This document shows positions 18,928-27,526 of a DNA stretch of 64,000 nt, one piece after another (the stretch's first letter is position 1; each line of letters begins with the position of its first letter). A model generated the notes under the pieces. It did not search any database, had not been told where the DNA came from, and saw only the letters and a list, made by a program, of their open reading frames with translations. A program made the translations under genes and the position numbers. This DNA comes from a virus: positions 3,097 through 67,096 of the IMG/VR virus record IMGVR_UViG_3300038457_000086; one strand, given 5' to 3'.

Positions 18928-19814
18928 GACGCCGCACCGGTCTTCGCAAGGTGCGCTCCGAGGGCCTGGCGGAACTCGTCAAGCAGTGCGGGCGTGAGAT
19001 CCTCTGTGCAGTCCACGCCGACCGAGGACAGGAGCATCGTCAGTGTGTTGTCGCTGATGCCCGCAGCGTTGAGCGCTTCGGTGAGCGCCGTGAGTTCCTC
19101 CTCGCTGATGCGCTCCGGCTCGTCTGTCGCTGCGCGGGTCTCAACGACGTCGGCCTCAACGTACTCCGTACCGTTCGATGCCGGCTCGGCGATCTCAACA
19201 GCGGTGGCTTGGACGATCTCGCCCTCGGCGTACACGCGGATGCCGTTCATCACATCCGGGCAGTACCAGGCGACCCCGTTGCTCATCGCCCGGGCGAAGA
19301 ACATGTTGCGGGGGTACTTGACGTAGTTCGACGGAGCGCCGCTTTTTGACGGTTTCGTCAGCAATGCAGCTTCGGCGTCGGCTTGAGTGAAGTCGGAGGT
19401 CCCGAACGCATCGGGCCACGGGAGCCACTGGCCGTGCTCATCCTTTCCGGGTGCGGTGCCGCGCCCAAACTCGATCGAGCATCCGTCAGCGTCGAGCTCC
19501 AGGACTCGGTAGTCGTACTTCCCCGAGGCCTTGACCTTCGACGCCTGCAGGTTTGCCGACATCTCGGGTTTCCCCTCGATGATGTGGATGTCCGTCATCG
19601 CCTGCGTGGCGCTGAGCCCGAGGTCCCGGCCGAAGATCAGCTTCGCGAACGCCTGATCGGCTTGGCGAGCATCCTTGAACATCCCGGACCTGGCGAGCCC
19701 GTTGCCGAGCCTGTACAGCATGTCTATCTCGCCGTTGGTGATCGGAGCGTCGATCTCCGTGGAATGCCGGTCGTCGAGCTCGGCTGGCTGTACGTCTATC
19801 GTCTGATCCATCAC
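18924..19814 (-). CDS. RecT-like ssDNA annealing recombinase
   Basis: LARSGMF...GRDLGLS..QAM..IHIIEGKP...YPRNMFFARAMS...CPDV. Confidence 0.75.
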   Translation of the reverse strand: MMDQTIDVQPAELDDRHSTEIDAPITNGEIDMLYRLGNGLARSGMFKDARQADQAFAKLIFGRDLGLSATQAMTDIHIIEGKPEMSANLQASKVKASGKYDYRVLELDADGCSIEFGRGTAPGKDEHGQWLPWPDAFGTSDFTQADAEAALLTKPSKSGAPSNYVKYPRNMFFARAMSNGVAWYCPDVMNGIRVYAEGEIVQATAVEIAEPASNGTEYVEADVVETRAATDEPERISEEELTALTEALNAAGISDNTLTMLLSSVGVDCTEDLTPALLDEFRQALGAHLAKTGAAS

Positions 19815-20044
19815 GAACCTCGATTCGTGGTCGCGCGCCCGGGTGTTCCAGCACCGCGGGCGCTATTTGTGTGTGAAAAGCCCGTTGCGCCGGACATGAC
19901 GCTCACCAAATGTCGGTTCACGCGCACATCGCTCTGCGCCTTACGCTCCTGCCGTTCCCCGAGCCGCTCACGGTCGAAGTCCTCGATCGTCGGCTGTTTG
20001 TTGCGCTTGCGAAGCCACTCGCTGAGTTTCTGCCCGTTCATCAC
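19811..20044 (-). CDS. Hypothetical protein
   Basis: Overlapping start and stop in the operon. Confidence 0.45.
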   Translation of the reverse strand: MMNGQKLSEWLRKRNKQPTIEDFDRERLGERQERKAQSDVRVNRHLVSVMSGATGFSHTNSARGAGTPGRATTNRGS

Positions 20045-20925
20045 TTGGGCTTCCGCTCAGCGTCTCGCACCATCTCACGGCAAGCGTCAGCGGCGTCCTC
20101 GTTGATCGGAGGATCGAGATCGGGCACCGGAAATACCTCGACCATCACCGCTGGTCCCTCCCCAGCCTTGTTGCTGAAGATCCGAGCGTGGAGCTTCGCC
20201 GCCCTTGCCACACCCTCCTCATCGCTGTGCGCGCCGTCTATGACATTCAGCCCCATGCCTGGCGGCTCACGACGCGCTAGATACAGCTCCCTCTCAGGCC
20301 CGTTGGCACGCTCGGTGACATCGACACACTCACCTATCGGAAGCGCCGGACCGTCCTCGATCTCAAAGAGTAGGTGCTTGCCGTGAAGCGTTTGCTTGAG
20401 AGTCCATCGCCTATGCCCCTCCGGTCGCTCGGTGTCCTCACGGGCAGCGAGGTCGTCACACACGGCGTCGATGATCTGCCCGTAGAGGTCAGCGTGTGCT
20501 TCCTCTGGCGACGGCTCACCGAAGGTGCCTGTCAAGACCTCCTCGGCCGCATGGAATGCTTGATCGCTCTGCAAGTCGTCGCGCGAGAATCGCGCGGGTA
20601 GGATGAACTCCTGCGGCTCCTCACGGGCAGCGAGGGCGGCCTCTGAGCAGGCGCCGTCGTGACCCTTAGGCAACTTGCAGGTAGGGTGGTGCGAGCCCTC
20701 GCCGCCGAAGCCGATCATGATGCGGCCACACCGATCGGCGTCTCCCGACGTGACCTCGCGGTCTTCGTTCACCCCCGGTGGCTCCTCACGGGCAGCGAGC
20801 GCGGCCTCGTACTTCTTGCGCCCGAGCCATCCACGCTCGAAACCTTTGATCCACTGAATCGGCAGCATCCGGCCATCACCAAAACGGGCCATCTCTGCCT
20901 CCAGCGCCTCGCGCTCTTGGGTCAT
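20041..20925 (-). CDS. Modular early protein (QEREALE-AAREEP-AAREEP-AAREDTERP)
   Basis: Four joints; one module duplicated at 22152-22345. Confidence 0.75.
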   Translation of the reverse strand: MTQEREALEAEMARFGDGRMLPIQWIKGFERGWLGRKKYEAALAAREEPPGVNEDREVTSGDADRCGRIMIGFGGEGSHHPTCKLPKGHDGACSEAALAAREEPQEFILPARFSRDDLQSDQAFHAAEEVLTGTFGEPSPEEAHADLYGQIIDAVCDDLAAREDTERPEGHRRWTLKQTLHGKHLLFEIEDGPALPIGECVDVTERANGPERELYLARREPPGMGLNVIDGAHSDEEGVARAAKLHARIFSNKAGEGPAVMVEVFPVPDLDPPINEDAADACREMVRDAERKPK

Positions 20926-20929
20926 GCGA

Positions 20930-21184
20930 TCACCAGCACTCGCCGGATGTCGGGTGATGTTCGTCCAGCCCGGCGAGGCGAGCCTTGTGCTCCAGGATCG
21001 CTTGCACCTCCAGGGGGTCGGCATCGGGAGTGATTGCGACGGTTCCGTCCGGTTTGACGCGGAACGCCCCCCGGTAGTTATCAGACGACCCCATAGGCTC
21101 AATGTAGGTGACGTCGGGACGTTGAACAACGGGAACCGTTGTAAGGTCTTTCCAGATGGGGTATCCACTTAGATGACCCTTCAT
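20930..21184 (-). CDS. Hypothetical protein whose N-terminus (GHLSGYPI) is encoded by an IS1595-type end
   Basis: ATG at 21184 reads through the TIR at 21156-21179. Confidence 0.5.
   Translation of the reverse strand: MKGHLSGYPIWKDLTTVPVVQRPDVTYIEPMGSSDNYRGAFRVKPDGTVAITPDADPLEVQAILEHKARLAGLDEHHPTSGECW
21156..21179. mobile_element. Solo IS1595-type terminal inverted repeat
   Basis: atggggtatccacttagatgaccc, 23/24 identical to the copies at 8415 and 63299. Confidence 0.85.
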
Positions 21185-21699
21185 AGCGCCCGCGTGTGCA
21201 GCGCACCGTCAGCGCCGCAGTAGACCTCTTTGGGACCGTCACCCTCAGGCCGCGCACGATGTGAGCGCAGCTCGGCGAGCAGGTCCTGCTCAATCCGCTT
21301 TATCGCCTCCGCAAAGCACTCCCACGCGGTCGACGATACACAACCGTGTGAACCGACCATGAGCGGCGCTGAATGATCGTCTGGACCGCATAGCGTCCAA
21401 CCCTTATCGCCGAACCTCTCGACGATATATCCAGCGTTCTTTACTCGTTGCTTGTCTGCCAGCGATACGGACGTGTGCGTAGATGGGGCGCAGTGGCGCT
21501 CGTAGATCAGCGCCTCGATCTCATCCAGCGTCAGCGTCACAGTCCGCTCAGAGGGGTCTGAGCGTTGATCGTGTTCGAGCATGATGGTCGCGAGAGCCGT
21601 CAGCGTCAAATCGCGGTCGAAGTCCTCCGGTACGCGCTGCCCAACGTGAAGGCTCGCGGCCTTCACTAGGTGCTGCCGCGCCTCGTCGCGGTCCATCAC
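21181..21699 (-). CDS. Hypothetical protein
   Basis: RBS and 4-nt overlaps. Confidence 0.6.
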   Translation of the reverse strand: MMDRDEARQHLVKAASLHVGQRVPEDFDRDLTLTALATIMLEHDQRSDPSERTVTLTLDEIEALIYERHCAPSTHTSVSLADKQRVKNAGYIVERFGDKGWTLCGPDDHSAPLMVGSHGCVSSTAWECFAEAIKRIEQDLLAELRSHRARPEGDGPKEVYCGADGALHTRAL

Positions 21700-21962
21700 T
21701 CACTCCCCTTTCCTGCTGGCTCAGGCCCCGCGTACCAACCTTCGACCTTGCGACGAACGCACCCACGGAACCGGTGGTAGTCGATCGTCTCCACATAGTC
21801 CGTGAGTTCGTCGCCGTTGCTTACAGCGTCCGAGACGTAGCGGTCGAGCCGGTCGAAGTCTTCCTCGGGCGTCCGGCCGTTTCCCTCGGCGTTGGCGACG
21901 AGCGCCTTGCTGGCCCGAACGGCCGCAAGAAGGATCGCGTCCAGCCGCTTGCTCTTGCTCAT
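21696..21962 (-). CDS. Hypothetical protein
   Basis: ATGA overlap, GAGG RBS. Confidence 0.6.
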   Translation of the reverse strand: MSKSKRLDAILLAAVRASKALVANAEGNGRTPEEDFDRLDRYVSDAVSNGDELTDYVETIDYHRFRGCVRRKVEGWYAGPEPAGKGSE

Positions 21963-22468
21963 GCCGCGTTCCTCTCGCTGTCGAACTCGAAGCCTTCGTA
22001 GGCCTCAAGCGCGCTGATAACCGTCGAGTGATCCGCGCCCGACTCTCCCGACAGCTCGCATGAACGCATGAAGGCAAGCGCCTCATGGAGATGGTGGGCC
22101 AACGCTCGGAGCCTCTCGGCTTCGCCCTCACGAGCAGCATCGCCCGCGCCTAGGTCGTCACAAACAGCGTCGATAATCTGCCCGTAGAGATCGGTGTGCG
22201 CCTCCTGTGGGGACGGGTCGCCGAAGGTGCCGGTCAGGATCTCCTCGGCCGCACGGAACGCCTCGTCGCTCTGCAAATCGTCGCGCGAGAATCGCGCGGG
22301 TAGGATGAACTCCTGCGGCTCCTCACGGGCAGCGAGGGCGGCCTCGGCTTCCTCGTAGATCAGCTTCATCGCGCCGCGCTGTTGCGAGCGCGCTTCATCC
22401 TTGTAGTGGCTCGCCCACGCACGGATTCGTCCCAGCGCATCGCGCTCTTGATCGTCGGGGTTAGTCAT
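21959..22468 (-). CDS. Modular early protein (QERDAL-AAREEP-AAREG)
   Basis: Contains the duplicate of module 20450-20643. Confidence 0.7.
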   Translation of the reverse strand: MTNPDDQERDALGRIRAWASHYKDEARSQQRGAMKLIYEEAEAALAAREEPQEFILPARFSRDDLQSDEAFRAAEEILTGTFGDPSPQEAHTDLYGQIIDAVCDDLGAGDAAREGEAERLRALAHHLHEALAFMRSCELSGESGADHSTVISALEAYEGFEFDSERNAA

Positions 22469-22547
22469 CACAGTCCCCCATCCCAGATGAGGAAGGCGAT
22501 GAACAGAGCCTCCAAGACGGCGACGATGCCGAGGAGCATTTCGCCGT

Positions 22548-23402
22548 TCACAGCGCATCTCTCAGCGTGCGGATTGCTACGGCAGCCACCTGTAGAACCT
22601 CAGCGCGGGTAGCCTCCCAATGCGTTGCCGCCCTCTCATCGCGCCATGCCTTCAGCGCCTCGGCGACCTCATCCTCCAGCGTCCCCAAGGCGAGCCGTGA
22701 CCGTCCTAGCATCGTGCCCTCGTAGCGCCCGTGCTTCTCGTCCTGTCGCTCGATCTCCCTTTCGAGGGCAAAGATCAACGGGTGGACGACGCGTTCCGTC
22801 AGTAGCTCATTGTCCCGCATGGCATCTGCCACTCGCTGGACCGCCGTCTGAATGCGCTCATGTCGTTCCACGTCGATAATCCAACTCGCCGCTTTGGCTA
22901 AATCAGCCCTGGCTTGCTGCAAGACTTTGATTAGCCACTCCGGTCGCTCCTCCGGTCGCTCGGTGTCCTCACGCGGGAGAGCAGCGACAATCAAGTGAGC
23001 CAGCCGCTCGGCCTCGTTGCTCGGGAAACCATCCCGTTCGAGAACACTCCGAATCCGCAAGACCATCCACGCAGCCTCGGGCATCTCGTACTCGTGCGTC
23101 TTAGCGGGTGGCTCCTCACGGATCGGGAAACGGCGACGTTTCTTCTCGTTTTCTAGACTCTCCTTGCATTTCTCCCACGCTCTGTCTGCGGCTGCGAGTT
23201 CGGCGCGCAGCCCCTCTAACTGGCGCTCCGCACTCTCAGCCTCCAGCCAGCGGCCGGGCATAGCCTCATGGCCACAGTTGCCGCACGACTGCCCCTCACC
23301 GTGATTCCCGCACGACAGGCACGTCCAGACGGTGATCTCCACCTGCGGCTCCTCACGGGCAGCGAGCAGCTTCGCCACGTTCTCAGCCTGCTCGTCAGTC
23401 AT
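22548..23402 (-). CDS. Modular early protein with Zn-ribbon module and C-terminal MazG-like NTP pyrophosphohydrolase domain
   Basis: AAREEP/IREEP/REDTERP joints; ERQDEKHG...LEDEVAEA...AEVLQVAAVA. Confidence 0.65.
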   Translation of the reverse strand: MTDEQAENVAKLLAAREEPQVEITVWTCLSCGNHGEGQSCGNCGHEAMPGRWLEAESAERQLEGLRAELAAADRAWEKCKESLENEKKRRRFPIREEPPAKTHEYEMPEAAWMVLRIRSVLERDGFPSNEAERLAHLIVAALPREDTERPEERPEWLIKVLQQARADLAKAASWIIDVERHERIQTAVQRVADAMRDNELLTERVVHPLIFALEREIERQDEKHGRYEGTMLGRSRLALGTLEDEVAEALKAWRDERAATHWEATRAEVLQVAAVAIRTLRDAL

Positions 23403-23561
23403 CGACAGCCCTTTCCACTCCAGTGATTGCTATGACATCCGTGTCCCACACATCGCGGCCCCCGTGGTCCTGGGCATTGGCCTTGATTTCAGCGTCGCTT
23501 TTGGATTTCGCCTCGATGTCGTAGGTGGCCTGCGTGCTCTCAACCACATGCACTCGATATC

Positions 23562-23864
23562 TCATCCCTCGTGCTCCTGCTCGGTGGCCCGCACGACCGG
23601 CCGCTCGATCGTGAGTTGGACGGCCTTGTCAATGTGCCCAACGAACATAGGCTCCCTATACGCCCAAGAACGGCCTTCGGACTCCCGTTGCGCATGTTCG
23701 TCAAGATCACGTTCTGCGGACGCCTGCGTAAAATGACCCCTCGCGTACCCGCAGTCGCAGCGAACGTGATAGAGCGGCACCGGCGGCAATTTGTTGTGCC
23801 TGCGCCCACCGCCCAGATCGGGCATCTGGCCCTTGAAGATCCTCGCGTTGATGATGTTGCTCAT
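23562..23864 (-). CDS. Small protein ending in the VRATEQE joint
   Basis: CDCG...H motif; terminal repeat variant at 23574. Confidence 0.55.
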   Translation of the reverse strand: MSNIINARIFKGQMPDLGGGRRHNKLPPVPLYHVRCDCGYARGHFTQASAERDLDEHAQRESEGRSWAYREPMFVGHIDKAVQLTIERPVVRATEQEHEG

Positions 23865-24340
23865 CGCTCCACCTTCGGTCGCCCGGTTTCCTCGCCCGCT
23901 AGGAACCGTTCGGCAGCCTCAATGTCGGTCGCCGCGTCGCTCTCGCTGACCTTACCGCGCACGACGCGCAACAGCCCCCCCACGATCGCCAGCGCAGGAT
24001 CACGTCGCTCGGTGTCCTCACGGGCGGCGGCCCATCGAAACACCCCGTCGCGCTCCTGAGGCGAATAGAGCACACCATCACCTTGCATCGCTTGGAGGTC
24101 GCGCACCACGCAGTAGGCCTCAATCGCAGGCACGTAGGCTGCACCGTCGATGACACGCTCGGCGTCCGCGATCCGGTTCGCGTGGTCAGCCCATGCCGCT
24201 ACCCCATCTGTCTGCGGCTCCTCACGGGCAGCGAGAGCGGCGCGGTAATAGTTACGTGCAGCGCGCCAAATGGCTCCACCATTTCCGAGTAATTCCGCTC
24301 TCTCTAATGCTTCGTACTCTTGTGGATCTAGATCAGGCAT
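23861..24340 (-). CDS. Modular early protein (QEYEALE-AAREEP-AAREDTER)
   Basis: Three joints. Confidence 0.7.
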   Translation of the reverse strand: MPDLDPQEYEALERAELLGNGGAIWRAARNYYRAALAAREEPQTDGVAAWADHANRIADAERVIDGAAYVPAIEAYCVVRDLQAMQGDGVLYSPQERDGVFRWAAAREDTERRDPALAIVGGLLRVVRGKVSESDAATDIEAAERFLAGEETGRPKVER

Positions 24341-25235
24341 CTGTCTCTAGGCGTCGCTGAATATGCCGGTCGGTGGTTCGCAGTGCGACAATCACGAGTG
24401 CCTGCTCGGCCTCACGGGCAGCGATCGTCGCTGTTGTAGCCCACATCGGCGCGTCCACATGAGCAAGGCCCTCCGTCGCCGAACCCGCACAATGAGCATC
24501 AACACCCCGCCGAGGCTGTATCTCCCCACAGGTAGTGCAAACCCAAACATCAAGCACCGTGCGCTCGGTGTCCTCTCGAACGGCGAGGGCATTAGAAAGT
24601 CGGTCCTCCAACTCGTCGACTTCGCGACCTGCCTCTAGTGCCCGCTCGCGCTGATCGTCGCGTTCCGCCGTAATACGCTCAATCGTGGATTGTGGCTCCT
24701 CACGGGCAGCGAGAGCGGCTTCTCTGATTACGAGCCGCAGATCCCTAGCCTCTCGGGACGACGCGGCCCGCACGCCGAGGACAGCCATCGCAATCTCTCG
24801 CGCATCTCTCTGGCGGCTGGGGCGTAGATCCTTCACGAGAAGCTGCTGTACACGCCAGATTTCATCCTCGTCCGGTCGCTCGGTGTCCTCACAGGCAGCG
24901 GCAGATGAGCCGATAAGCGCCTCTTTCGCCTTCTCGATCAGGCGCTCCAGGGTGATCGTCCGACGCACGCTCGCGGCGATCGGCTTATCCAGCGCCGCCA
25001 CGAACAATGCGAAGCTATGCGCGCGATTGTTCTGCTCCCACTCCTCGCGGTCAAGGACCACTTGATCAAGGCGAATATTCGCAGCGAGAGCGGCACGGTA
25101 GCCAGCGGCGAAATCATCGCCAGGCGACTGAGTCCCGGGCAGGTGCTTGCTGAAGTGCTCTCGCCGGGCGGCTCTCAGCTCTTTCTGCCTCACCTTCCAC
25201 GGCACCAGCGCCTCGCGCTCTTGATCGGTGCTCAT
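24333..25235 (-). CDS. Modular early protein (QEREAL-EDTERP-AAREEP-REDTER-AAREA)
   Basis: Five joints; module shared with 9524..9829. Confidence 0.7.
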   Translation of the reverse strand: MSTDQEREALVPWKVRQKELRAARREHFSKHLPGTQSPGDDFAAGYRAALAANIRLDQVVLDREEWEQNNRAHSFALFVAALDKPIAASVRRTITLERLIEKAKEALIGSSAAACEDTERPDEDEIWRVQQLLVKDLRPSRQRDAREIAMAVLGVRAASSREARDLRLVIREAALAAREEPQSTIERITAERDDQRERALEAGREVDELEDRLSNALAVREDTERTVLDVWVCTTCGEIQPRRGVDAHCAGSATEGLAHVDAPMWATTATIAAREAEQALVIVALRTTDRHIQRRLETDA

Positions 25236-25341
25236 AAGATTTCCTGCCAGATCGTCACACACAACACGACCGTGAACGTGAGCATTAGCGCGCAGACACA
25301 TCCGAGAACAACGGCGGCGACCACTTTTCCGATTGCGTCAC

Positions 25342-25956
25342 TCATGGCTCGGGCTCCTGCTCGGTGTCCCGCACGACCGGCGACATATCGCGTGAGGAGG
25401 CTGCGACGGCGCGATAAAGGCGCTGCATGGCGGCTTCGAGGGTGCGATCTTGCAGCAGGGACTTGGCGCGACGATGGAAGTAGTGGTCCAGCACGCCATT
25501 GGCGGCCTCCCGCAATCCCTGGTTGTCTTGGTCTGTGTCCTCACCTGCGAAGGCGTCACGAACCTCCTGAGCACACGCTTGAAGATCGGCAAGGTCGTCG
25601 TCGGAAGTGCGCGTGGCCGGTCGCTCGATGTCCCGCATGGCCCCAGTGGGGAGCTTCCTGCCATACCGCTGGAGAACACGCTCGGTCCGTTCAACCAGTC
25701 GCTCTTGCTCGCCCACTGACATCTCTACGTCTCGCAAGCCCGCACGGAACAGCCCTTCGATGATCTCTAGTGTCTCCGTGTCCGGTCGCTCGGTGTCCTC
25801 ACGGGCAGCGGCCAACTCCCGATAGCGTCTGTTAGCGGCGTCTCGTTCTAGTTCGGCCTCGTGCAGTCGCTCTAGGTATTTCCCAGCCTTCTCCATCCAG
25901 TCGGCACGCTCTCTTGCCAGCTCCGGTGCCAGCTCGCGTTCGGCCATGTCGCTCAC
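25342..25956 (-). CDS. Modular early protein (AAREDTERP...VRDTEQE)
   Basis: Joints at 25781, 25617, 25535, 25354. Confidence 0.7.
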   Translation of the reverse strand: MSDMAERELAPELARERADWMEKAGKYLERLHEAELERDAANRRYRELAAAREDTERPDTETLEIIEGLFRAGLRDVEMSVGEQERLVERTERVLQRYGRKLPTGAMRDIERPATRTSDDDLADLQACAQEVRDAFAGEDTDQDNQGLREAANGVLDHYFHRRAKSLLQDRTLEAAMQRLYRAVAASSRDMSPVVRDTEQEPEP

Positions 25957-26288
25957 GACGACACCAGTCCGTCCATCGCGCTCACATAGGCCGGGTAATC
26001 GTCCAGCTCCATGCGAACACGCTCCGCTAGGCCCTCGGCGATCTCGGCGTTTTGATCGCGCTCCTCTATCGCAAGGCGCAGTTCGCGTCGGAGAGATTCG
26101 TAGCTATCGGTTTTGCCTTCCACGAAACGTGAGCACTTGCAGTCCTTGTTCGCTTCGCATTCGCCCTGGCCCTGCTGACGCTCGACGTCTGACTGGTTGA
26201 TCCGTAGCTCGCTGGCGTCGAGGATCGCGTTGTGCCAGTGCGCTGTATGCCCGCAGGTGCAGACGCGGGCGTGTAGGTCGGCGCTCAT
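25953..26288 (-). CDS. Cys/His-rich small protein
   Basis: CTCGH...H...C...CKCSRF. Confidence 0.6.
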   Translation of the reverse strand: MSADLHARVCTCGHTAHWHNAILDASELRINQSDVERQQGQGECEANKDCKCSRFVEGKTDSYESLRRELRLAIEERDQNAEIAEGLAERVRMELDDYPAYVSAMDGLVSS

Positions 26289-26494
26289 CGGACGCCTCTC
26301 CGGTCCGGCATCCCCACGCCATCCCTAAAGACAGCGTGAGTGCGCGCCCCACAAGCAGGGGTCTCCCGTAGTTCCGCGAGCGCGTCGCGTTCCTGCTCAT
26401 CGCCGATCCGGGCTGCCGCACACAAAGCCAGCGCGAGTAGCAACGGCACGACCACCACAGACAACGCGGCGAAGATCAGGGCGACCGTGACCAT
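26285..26494 (-). CDS. Small single-TM membrane protein
   Basis: Hydrophobic N-terminus, LALALCAAARIGD. Confidence 0.55.
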   Translation of the reverse strand: MVTVALIFAALSVVVVPLLLALALCAAARIGDEQERDALAELRETPACGARTHAVFRDGVGMPDRRGVR

Positions 26495-26793
26495 TAGCGC
26501 CGCCCCTCGCCTTCGGCCGTATCCAGGCGGTCCGCGTGCTGCCACGGAGACACGTCCCACGGGTGCCGGTCAAACACCCGGGCCTCGGCGAGCATCTCCC
26601 CATAGTGCGCCTGCGCGCGCTCCCCCTCGCCGACCTCAAGAGCATGAGCGAGCTTCTGCAAAGCGATAGCCCTCGGGCTCCCCCCACGCGGATGCTCACT
26701 CCGTACCCCCAGCGCGCCGAAGCATTCGTCGGCGAACCTGACAGTCGCGGCCAGCGCCCGCGCCTCGTTCTCCTCCAGCTCCAAGCGGATCAC
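26494..26793 (-). CDS. Hypothetical protein
   Basis: GTGA overlap. Confidence 0.5.
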   Translation of the reverse strand: MIRLELEENEARALAATVRFADECFGALGVRSEHPRGGSPRAIALQKLAHALEVGEGERAQAHYGEMLAEARVFDRHPWDVSPWQHADRLDTAEGEGRR

Positions 26794-26948
26794 GCCTTCA
26801 CGCGCCCGCCGCATTTCGGGCAGCAAGCCCGCTCCCGCTGCTCCCGAGTATCCGCAGTCCGGTACCCAGACCAGCCACACTGCGCTGTCCGCTGGCAACG
26901 CACATACTCACGCCGCAGCAGGACGGGCGGCTCCTCTCGGGCGCTCAC
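26790..26948 (-). CDS. Small Zn-ribbon protein starting SAREEP
   Basis: C...CGWSG...CPKCGG; repeat variant at the start. Confidence 0.5.
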   Translation of the reverse strand: MSAREEPPVLLRREYVRCQRTAQCGWSGYRTADTREQRERACCPKCGGRVKA

Positions 26949-27298
26949 GATGCCACCCACCGGCATGGCCGCGTCAACACCGGGCCACACCACCCGACAT
27001 CAAGAACAGTAGGTCCGTCAACGCCTGACTACGCGCCGCCTGGTCCGTCTCGAGGAGGTCATACAGGCCGGAGTCGTAGGCGACCTCATCCAGCGTCGGT
27101 GAGAAGCCGGCACGGTCGAGCCATTCGGCTAGGGATGCCCGGCGAAGATTCACGACTGGCCTCGGTTCCGTCGACGGGCCTCACGCTGCGCCTTACGCGC
27201 TTTACGACGGGCCTTGTCACGCTCATCCTGCCGCTCACGTTCAGCGGCCAGCTCGCGGGCTTCCTGTTCCTGAAGGCGACGGGTATAGACGACACCGT

Positions 27299-27526
27299 TC
27301 ATGCCGCAACCCCGTCGAGCATCAGGTCCGTGACCTGCACACCGAAATACTCCGCGACCCGCAACGCCTTCGCCGGATGGATCGGCTCGCCAGCCTCAAG
27401 ACGCGCGAGCGTCCTGCGGTCTATATCGAGCACGGCAGCGAGCGAACCCACTGAGTGGCCAGCGTTCAAGCGAGCTGCTGCGAGGTCGAACCGCGCCTGT
27501 GCATGCCCTCGGTCTGTGTCGCTCAT
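27299..27526 (-). CDS. XRE-family (Cro-like) HTH regulator, leaderless
   Basis: ARLNAGHSVGSLAAVLDIDRRTLARLEAG...RVAEYFGVQVTDL. Confidence 0.85.
   Translation of the reverse strand: MSDTDRGHAQARFDLAAARLNAGHSVGSLAAVLDIDRRTLARLEAGEPIHPAKALRVAEYFGVQVTDLMLDGVAA

Larger units (their letters stand above)
9560..26948 (-). repeat. Dispersed, same-orientation, in-frame repeat family (core CGCTGCCCGTGAGG on minus strand)
   Basis: Exact cctcacgggcagcg on + at 9745, 11284, 15994, 20436, 20619, 20784, 22321, 23351, 24220, 24410, 24698, 25797, plus more than 10 variants. Confidence 0.95.

Noticed and set aside
21708-23418. ctttcctg (21708) or ctttccac (23411) as the partner TSD of the TIR at 21156
   Set aside because: Only 7/8 matches, no adjacent TIR, and both are purine-rich RBS regions on minus
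9745-25810. L5-type stoperator sites as the explanation of the 14-mer
   Set aside because: Orientation fits, but strict reading-frame locking and module boundaries at the sites favour recombination joints; not fully excluded
9745-25810. Shufflon/invertible segments
   Set aside because: All copies are direct repeats and no invertase is seen
9560-26948. CRISPR array or integron attC cassettes
   Set aside because: Repeats are irregularly spaced, non-palindromic and in frame inside ORFs; no cas1/cas2 or integron integrase is visible
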